Part shown: positions 57,577 to 64,000 of the stretch, piece by piece
Layout of the letters: every line of letters begins with the position of its first letter
How positions within the stretch are numbered: the stretch's first letter is position 1
The notes under the pieces: model-generated
The model's database searches: none
What the model saw: only the letters and a program-made list of their open reading frames with translations
Told to the model about the DNA's origin: nothing
From: Bacteroidota bacterium
GTDB lineage: Bacteria > Bacteroidota > Bacteroidia > AKYH767-A > OLB10
NCBI GenBank assembly: GCA_029547265.1
Contig: JAKPPP010000178.1
Coordinates: forward strand, 8,168-72,167
Length of the DNA stretch: 64,000 nucleotides
Direction: 5' to 3'
Position numbers and translations under genes: made by a program

Positions 57577-57867
57577 ATTTTTGGTCAGGTTAGGCCTGAT
57601 ATTAGAAGGCCTGCAGAACCGCCTTTTTGTATCATTAATGTAAAGATAAAGTCACATTAATGAATGTTTAAACAATAAACGCTGAGCAGGTCAAATTATG
57701 TGTTGAAACAGCTTTTGGCGAGAAATGTTGCGTCTGAAACCTGCGATTTGGCATGTTTGCTGATAAAAATTAGTTGACTGTTTAATGGACTGTTTCTTTT
57801 TTAAAAAGCAGAATCGCTAATCCGATTTTGTATTTTTCAAACTTTCACGGAAATCACTTCAACAAAA

Positions 57868-57896
57868 AACATCACCTCAAATACCGAAGTGATGTT
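57868..57896 (-). terminator. rho-independent terminator of gene 57926-59491
   Basis: The minus strand reads aacatcacttcggtatttgaggtgatgtt followed by ttttt. Confidence 0.6.
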
Positions 57897-57925
57897 TCTA
57901 ACAAAATGAAATAAAGGTGGATAGC

Positions 57926-59491
57926 TTATTGCTTTACAATTTTAAATTTTGCTTTTGTTGTAATTCCGATCATTTCCGCTAAATAAATTCCGGGAGTTAA
58001 TATGGATATATCAATTGTTGTTTTGTTGTTTTGGAAATTCGGATTAGTGATGTTCTTAACTTCTCTTCCTGACATATCATTAATTCGAATTGAACTAAAG
58101 TTTTCTCCGGCATCTCCCTCTAATGTAACTGTATTACTTGAAGGGTTAGGGTAAGCTTTTACGATACTGTTTTGTATAATCGAATTTAATCCCACAGATG
58201 TCGAATTATAGTGGTAAACCGACATATTGTAATAACTGATAACGTATAAACTTTGATCACTTGCAAGCATACAAGCCAATGCCTGTCCTCCATAAACATT
58301 TGGTGTGTCTAACCAAATTTGACTTCCTGTATTACTATATTCAAGAATAACCATTTGAATATACGAGAGAGATCCCGAAGGGTTTGGCGATGGACCTCCT
58401 ACTCCGGCTACAATAACATTTCCATTAGGCTTAGCAAGTATTGCATAAGGATATTCGTCATTGTAAACAGTGCCATCAAAACGTGCATTCCATAGAATAT
58501 TTCCGGCAGTGTCAAGTTGGAAAGTTTTCCAATCAAAGTAAGGTGAAGTAGAAGTGCTAACCGGGCCGTATGCAATCCCGCTTAATCTATCGTTAAGCAT
58601 TGTGAATTTAACAGGAATATCATTTCCTCCCATGTCAATTGAACGCGACCATAATTGTTGTCCCGTCTGGTTGTATTTATCCACAACCACATCTTGTGCT
58701 GAAGTAGGAGAAACCGCATTTTCTACACTTGTTAATTTATACCAGTTTCCAGTATTGTCCATTTCGATATCGATTCCACTTGATGTACCGGCTGAAATTG
58801 ACCATATTTGTGTTCCCGATGTATCCCATGAAACAAAAGGAGCAGAAGAAAGAACACCATTGCCTGCCATAATAATTTGGTTTCCTTTCATTCGCATAGA
58901 AGCTAATCCTCGCGGCGAATGAGTATTATCGGTTTTCGCAAACACTTGATTTCCATTACCATCGTATTTAATTAAATTAAATCCAGCAGGTGTAACGGCA
59001 ACTGTACCAATGTATAAATTTCCTTGATTATCAACTTCACTTCTTATATTAAGTGATGGAACTGAAGTACCAACTAAAACCGTAACAGGATAAATATTTT
59101 TCCATTGCAAAATGCCCGCAGAATTATACTTCATTGCAATTACTGCATCAGGGTATTCGAACGAACTCCCGATTGAATATCTTTTTCCAACAACAAAAAC
59201 ATTCCCGATTGAATCGCAGTTTACCCACATCGGCTTTTCATACAGACTTTGAATCCCTGATGAATCTTCTACTTCCCAAAGTAAGGTACCATTGATATCA
59301 TACTTACGTGTATAGATATTCTCACTTTGATAATAGCCTGTAACTATAATATTATCGCCATTATCAACAACGGACCGTGAGCCAATCTTATTAAACAAAG
59401 ATGCATCATGTAACCAATGCAGGCTGTACTGAGCATTAAGAATTTGGACGCTTAATAAAACAAATAATGCAAGAAGGAGGTGCTTTTTCAT
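57926..59491 (-). CDS. secreted T9SS cargo protein (beta-propeller-like repeats, unknown function)
   Basis: Signal peptide MKKHLLLALFVLLSVQILNAQ. C-terminal VKAYPNPSSNTVTLE...GIYLAEMIGITTKAKFKIVKQ. Confidence 0.7.
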   Translation of the reverse strand: MKKHLLLALFVLLSVQILNAQYSLHWLHDASLFNKIGSRSVVDNGDNIIVTGYYQSENIYTRKYDINGTLLWEVEDSSGIQSLYEKPMWVNCDSIGNVFVVGKRYSIGSSFEYPDAVIAMKYNSAGILQWKNIYPVTVLVGTSVPSLNIRSEVDNQGNLYIGTVAVTPAGFNLIKYDGNGNQVFAKTDNTHSPRGLASMRMKGNQIIMAGNGVLSSAPFVSWDTSGTQIWSISAGTSSGIDIEMDNTGNWYKLTSVENAVSPTSAQDVVVDKYNQTGQQLWSRSIDMGGNDIPVKFTMLNDRLSGIAYGPVSTSTSPYFDWKTFQLDTAGNILWNARFDGTVYNDEYPYAILAKPNGNVIVAGVGGPSPNPSGSLSYIQMVILEYSNTGSQIWLDTPNVYGGQALACMLASDQSLYVISYYNMSVYHYNSTSVGLNSIIQNSIVKAYPNPSSNTVTLEGDAGENFSSIRINDMSGREVKNITNPNFQNNKTTIDISILTPGIYLAEMIGITTKAKFKIVKQ

Positions 59492-59534
59492 TTGAAAAAG
59501 TGCTTTAGGTTGTTTATATTTTTTTCTTAAGAAA

Positions 59535-59969
59535 CTACAACTTTTCGAAAGTTAAATAATCAGTTCCACTTCCTCCTCCACTCACATCTTCCAATGTAAC
59601 TTTACTTGATGTTTGAGTAATGATATGCCAATCGCTATTTAATTCAGAAAATGTTGGTGTAGAGTTAAAATTGATAACAAGTTTTTGTTGACTATCATCT
59701 GTTGCAGTTGACCAAGATCCTGTTGCCGATACTGTGCCATTTGTAGCAGACAAAGCACCGTTTGATGCAAACGTAAAGCTATGACCTGTAAAATGATTTG
59801 TGTGATTTATACCGTTCTCCGTAAACGAAGTTATTTGCCATTGACCTTGTGTTACAATACCAACAGTTGGAGAAGAAGATGAACTTGATGAATTGTCGTC
59901 TTTTTTGCATGAGGCAAATACAAATAAGAAGGCAGTTGCAATGAGGTATACTAGTCGTGTGGTTTTCAT
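59535..59969 (-). CDS. small lipoprotein
   Basis: Lipobox-like sequence LFVFASC followed by a Ser-rich linker. 144 aa. Confidence 0.65.
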   Translation of the reverse strand: MKTTRLVYLIATAFLFVFASCKKDDNSSSSSSSPTVGIVTQGQWQITSFTENGINHTNHFTGHSFTFASNGALSATNGTVSATGSWSTATDDSQQKLVINFNSTPTFSELNSDWHIITQTSSKVTLEDVSGGGSGTDYLTFEKL

Positions 59970-60315
59970 AATGATGCTTCGTTAAAAGGTTTTTAAATTT
60001 AATTGTTTAAACAACGATTGCAAAGAAATGCATAGCTTTACCCGTATACAACAAAAAACTGCTGAGTGGGGTTAAAATGGCGCGGAATAGGTATTGAATC
60101 TAAATTAATACTGATTATTGAGTATCGTCTTTAAAGAAAGGGGAATCGTCTATTTGCATAATTACCTAAGCACAATTAAAACAATCAAATTGACTATTTG
60201 AATACCCCAAACCTGACAAAACATCTAATTTGTCGACTGAAATGATCGTAACATAGTACCAACTTTGGATGAAATAACTGATATTAGCAAAATAAAACCA
60301 CCTACCTTCTTCTTT

Positions 60316-61602
60316 ATGTCCTTTCAAAAAAAACTTTCTCTTTCGATTTCGTTTATTGTTCTTCTATCGCTTTTTGGAAAGTATAATCCTGCATTTGGAC
60401 AATCTACAAAACTAATAAGCGGAAACGTTATTGATGCAACCACAAAAGAATATCTTCCCTTTGTGACTGTTACTTTGAAGAAATCATTAATTGGAACTGT
60501 AACAAATGAAAACGGCTTTTTCGATTTAAAGTATCCCGATGAAATTACAAACGACTCTCTATTTATTACGTTGTTAGGATTTCAAAGTGTGACACTTCCA
60601 TTATCAGACATCAAAGATTCAGTAAGTGTAACATTAATTAAAAGCGATATTGAATTAAAAGAAGTTGTTATTCGTCCGTTGCCACCAACTTATTATATCA
60701 AACAAGCAATTGCCAACTTAAAACAAACGAATCCAAAGGACCCATTTCAAACGCAAGCATATTACCGTGAAATCATGACAGAAAACGGTAATTTTATAGT
60801 AAGTAATGAAGCAGTCTTTAAAACATTTTACCCTAGCTTTCAAGACACGATTAAGAACCAACATCAAGCTCTTTTATTCAGGAAAGCCGACGATATTAAA
60901 GAAGTTGCATTCATGAAAGCACAACGCGATAAAAAGGCGGCAAAGAAAGAAGCGAGGGCTAAAAAGAAAGGGAAAATATTAACAGAAGAAGAAAGCAAAG
61001 GAATTGCGGCCAATTTCGGAGGGCCTGAAGCAATACTTCGTCAAGCGGATTTATCAAAAAGCGGTGATGAGTATTTAGATAGTACTTCTTTTAAACATTA
61101 TGAGTACAATTTTGCTCCATCATCATCATATGACAGTAAAGAATTGATGGTAATCAATTTTAAATCGAAAGGTAAAGTTGATCATTCGCATCAAGTAGGG
61201 AAGATTTACATTGATATAGCAAGCAACGCTATCGTAAAAATTGAAGAAAGTGGAGACTTTGTTATTCCATTAGCTTTACGTCCGGTATTATTCCTTTACG
61301 GATTTTCAATTGACGATGCTAAGTATTCAACGGTAACAGAGTTTCAAGAAGTGAACAATCGTTGGTATCCTAAAAACATTTCGTTCAACTTAGGAGCAAT
61401 GCTTACTAAAAAGCATTGGTTTGCCGATAATGAACATTCGCTATTTGAAGTTGAAAGTATGTTTACTGTCAATAAAATTAAAATTAACGGAACGTCACCC
61501 ATACCAAAAGAAAAACGATTTGATGCAAAGAAAAAAATCGAGCCTCAAGTTTTCAATGATGAAGGTTTGAATTGGGCTGATGTTAACATCATCAAAAAAT
61601 AA
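60316..61602 (+). CDS. carboxypeptidase-regulatory-like (CarboxypepD_reg) domain protein
   Basis: ISGNVIDATTKEYLPFVTVTLKKSLIGTVTNENGFFDL follows a signal peptide. Start set at MSFQKKL. Confidence 0.7.
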   Translation: MSFQKKLSLSISFIVLLSLFGKYNPAFGQSTKLISGNVIDATTKEYLPFVTVTLKKSLIGTVTNENGFFDLKYPDEITNDSLFITLLGFQSVTLPLSDIKDSVSVTLIKSDIELKEVVIRPLPPTYYIKQAIANLKQTNPKDPFQTQAYYREIMTENGNFIVSNEAVFKTFYPSFQDTIKNQHQALLFRKADDIKEVAFMKAQRDKKAAKKEARAKKKGKILTEEESKGIAANFGGPEAILRQADLSKSGDEYLDSTSFKHYEYNFAPSSSYDSKELMVINFKSKGKVDHSHQVGKIYIDIASNAIVKIEESGDFVIPLALRPVLFLYGFSIDDAKYSTVTEFQEVNNRWYPKNISFNLGAMLTKKHWFADNEHSLFEVESMFTVNKIKINGTSPIPKEKRFDAKKKIEPQVFNDEGLNWADVNIIKK

Positions 61603-61610
61603 TTTTTGCG

Positions 61611-61823
61611 ATGAGGAATACTACAAAACTGAAGCATCTATTAATTAAGTACACTGCAACTTTCAATTTAGAAGATGAGGGACTTTTTCAATTGATGATT
61701 CAAGATAAGTTCAATAGAAACAAGAGTGCAGTATTCGAAGGCAAGAGTTATGCAATAGTGCTAGGTCAAGCATATCGATATATGCTAAAAGAGATTAAAG
61801 CAGCAAACATCCTCGAAGAATAG
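61611..61823 (+). CDS. hypothetical small protein
   Basis: 70-aa ORF starting 8 nt after the upstream gene. No motif recognised. Confidence 0.4.
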   Translation: MRNTTKLKHLLIKYTATFNLEDEGLFQLMIQDKFNRNKSAVFEGKSYAIVLGQAYRYMLKEIKAANILEE

Positions 61824-61888
61824 TGAAAAATAAAATTGGGGTTTGAATCTTTTTTATACATTAGCAATTCAACTTTTATTCTTCCAAA

Positions 61889-64000
61889 ATGAACTGTTCG
61901 AAATTATTCATTGGATTACTTTTAGTATTCAATAGCGCATTTGCACAAACCAATTTACTTCAGTCTTTTAAAACAGACAGTTATGGAGGGCCCTCTCAAA
62001 GTGTTAAATGTGGCTCTAATTTATTCTTTAGTGCTTATGACGATGTACACGGCAGAGAACTATGGGTATCGGACGGAACGGCGGTTGGCACTCGACTAGT
62101 AAAAGACATCTATAGCGGAACAACAGGAAGCATTGGAGATTATTTTAATTTATTAGCTTGTGATGTAAACGGTATATTATATTTCCGTGCAAAGGACAGT
62201 TTATTTGGCAATGAATTATGGAGAAGTGACGGAACTACTGCCGGAACCTATATGGTTAAAGATATTAGTCCGGGAACAGCCGATTCAAACGTAGGCGAAT
62301 TTGAGGCGCTTAACGGAAACATTTATTTTACAGCAAACACAGGCTCACAAGTTTGGAGAAGTGACGGCACAGGGACGGGAACGACCTTGCTCGGCAGTTT
62401 TAATGTAGCTACAAACCTTTGTGCCTTTAATGGAAACTTATATTTCGCAGCAGATAACAATAATAACGGTCAAGAACTTTGGAAAAGCAACGGGACAGCC
62501 GGCGGAACGGTATTGCTTAAGGATTTGAATGGCACAGTTGGAGCAAGTCTTCCATGTAATTTCCATTCAACCCCTTCATTGCTTTATTTTATGGCCAATA
62601 CTTCGTCGGGATGGGAACTTTGGAAATCAAACGGAACATCAGGAGGGACAACTATAGTAAAAGAAATTAATCCTTCAGGAAATGGAGTTCTAGATTTTTA
62701 TTCAGAAGCTTCAATGGCCAATATTGGCGATACTATTTTTTTTAGAGCTCAAGATGGAATTAACGGATATCAATTTTGGCGAAGTGATGGAACGGTTAAC
62801 GGAACTTATGCATTATCCAACCTTACCAACGGGCCTGATAGTTATTGTTCGCTACCAACTACAAATGGGAAAGTATATTTCAATAATTATTTAGATCCAT
62901 ATTTCTATCAATACAATAGTTTTGATGGAACTCTTTCACAAAGTAATTATCCGTCGAGTTATTATTTCAACATATATCAAGGTAAATACCTGTTTTTATC
63001 AGACTATTTATTTTATGCAGGGAAAGACAGCATCTATGGATGTGAACTTTATTACGCTAATGGTGTATCATCACCTCAAATTGTTCAAGAAACACATTTG
63101 ACCGACAATTGGTTTTCTAATAATAGTCAAGGGTTCAATACAATAATAGGAAGTGTTGGAAGTAAAGTATTATTTACGCTTGCGCGGAACCCGTTGAATA
63201 CAGAAATTCCGATTTATGTTATCGATACGGCGTCTATTGGTTCGGGATATCCACCATCAATAATTGTTCCCGTTTATAATGGAAGTACAGCGATGAACCT
63301 TGTGTGGAACAGAACTGAAAACACAGATTCTTATGAAATAAGATATAAAAAGGAAAATGATCTACCTTGGAGTACCCTAACATCCGACTTAAGCTTTACA
63401 AATATTAACAACCTCGACAGCACAAGCAATTATCAACTACAACTTCGCTCAGTAAATAGTGGTAATAATACCGGCTGGTCTGATACCATACTTTACAATC
63501 CGGTGTACATAAGCAATAGTTATAACATCAATATCATTGCAGAACGAGCAGAAGATGATTCAACGGTAAGAATTTATTGGGAACCGAGTTTACAAATTAC
63601 GAACTTACAAATACGCTATAGACTATATGGTTCAACAGCGTGGACGAATGTATATAATTCTACAGGAATGAAAAAACTGACAGGACTTCAACCAAATAGT
63701 TTTTACGAGTATCAGTATAGAGCAAATTACTCCGGAACATGGGATGTATGGCAAAACATTAATAGATATTTTGTTACTCCTTCATTGAGTGTAGGATTTC
63801 CTTCGGTTGAAAATTTGAAATCATCAACTATAAAAATATATCCCAATCCTTGTTCTAAGGAATTAAGTATAATATCGGGAAAATCGATTGGGGATTTTAT
63901 TATTCAAGATAATGCAGGGCGTACACTAAAAACAGAAAAAACTTATCAGAAACAAATTCGAATTAATGTAGAGGAAATCCCGAATGGAATTTACTTCATA
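61889..64000 (+). CDS. ELWxxDGT-repeat T9SS cargo protein, 3' end cut by the window edge
   Basis: My own translation from ATG 61889: MNCSKLFIGLLLVFNSAFAQ..., with repeats RELWVSDGTAVGT, NELWRSDGTTAGT, QELWKSNGTAGGT, WELWKSNGTSGGT and YQFWRSDGTVNGT. Fn3-like segments follow, then a sorting-domain start IYPNPCSKELSII...NGIYFI at the edge. Absent from the track because no stop falls in the window. Confidence 0.8.
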   Translation, partial: MNCSKLFIGLLLVFNSAFAQTNLLQSFKTDSYGGPSQSVKCGSNLFFSAYDDVHGRELWVSDGTAVGTRLVKDIYSGTTGSIGDYFNLLACDVNGILYFRAKDSLFGNELWRSDGTTAGTYMVKDISPGTADSNVGEFEALNGNIYFTANTGSQVWRSDGTGTGTTLLGSFNVATNLCAFNGNLYFAADNNNNGQELWKSNGTAGGTVLLKDLNGTVGASLPCNFHSTPSLLYFMANTSSGWELWKSNGTSGGTTIVKEINPSGNGVLDFYSEASMANIGDTIFFRAQDGINGYQFWRSDGTVNGTYALSNLTNGPDSYCSLPTTNGKVYFNNYLDPYFYQYNSFDGTLSQSNYPSSYYFNIYQGKYLFLSDYLFYAGKDSIYGCELYYANGVSSPQIVQETHLTDNWFSNNSQGFNTIIGSVGSKVLFTLARNPLNTEIPIYVIDTASIGSGYPPSIIVPVYNGSTAMNLVWNRTENTDSYEIRYKKENDLPWSTLTSDLSFTNINNLDSTSNYQLQLRSVNSGNNTGWSDTILYNPVYISNSYNINIIAERAEDDSTVRIYWEPSLQITNLQIRYRLYGSTAWTNVYNSTGMKKLTGLQPNSFYEYQYRANYSGTWDVWQNINRYFVTPSLSVGFPSVENLKSSTIKIYPNPCSKELSIISGKSIGDFIIQDNAGRTLKTEKTYQKQIRINVEEIPNGIYFI

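Overview
AT-rich chromosome segment that looks like Bacteroidota. Evidence: many secreted proteins ending in T9SS (Por) C-terminal sorting domains, a giant SprB-repeat adhesin, a FISUMP-domain protein, and TAnnTTTG-type promoter motifs.

The window has three parts.

(1) 1-10.5 kb, core genes: crotonase, a B12-binding mutase domain, an XRE regulator, T9SS cargo, a 1236-aa sensor kinase, a biotin carrier protein, a Tat-exported Fe/Mn SOD and a PfkB kinase.

(2) tRNA-Asn(GTT) at 10527-10600 is the insertion point of a genomic island of about 25 kb (10573-35601). The island is bounded by a duplicated 29-nt tRNA 3' end; the right-hand copy carries an 18-bp palindrome in place of the T-loop. The island carries:
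- a large serine recombinase, translationally coupled to a resolvase-like paralog that has lost its catalytic Ser and one active-site Arg
- a Type I R-M operon: XRE-hsdM-hsdS, then three small membrane/coiled-coil genes, then hsdR and a DUF45 metallopeptidase
- a catalytic-domain-only tyrosine recombinase
- several orphan genes
- a tight lexA-like/DUF2188/564-aa PD-(D/E)xK operon, followed by four more unknown genes (one LytTR-like, one encoding a 41-aa Gly-rich peptide)
- an AbiEi/AbiEii pair
- a GIY-YIG gene

(3) 35.7-64 kb, core again: a second GIY-YIG gene, many T9SS cargo proteins, a LuxR-type response regulator next to a sensor kinase broken by one in-frame stop and one frameshift, AraC, a beta-lactamase-fold hydrolase, an M43 metalloprotease, PhnA, a DEAD-box helicase, an acyltransferase and an ELWxxDGT-repeat protein.

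No rRNA, CRISPR array, reverse transcriptase or phage structural genes were seen.

The two best candidates for undescribed systems are:
- the three-gene membrane module embedded between hsdS and hsdR, at the position prrC occupies in E. coli
- the LexA-like/DUF2188/PD-(D/E)xK operon

All family assignments come from motif reading by eye; no searches were run.
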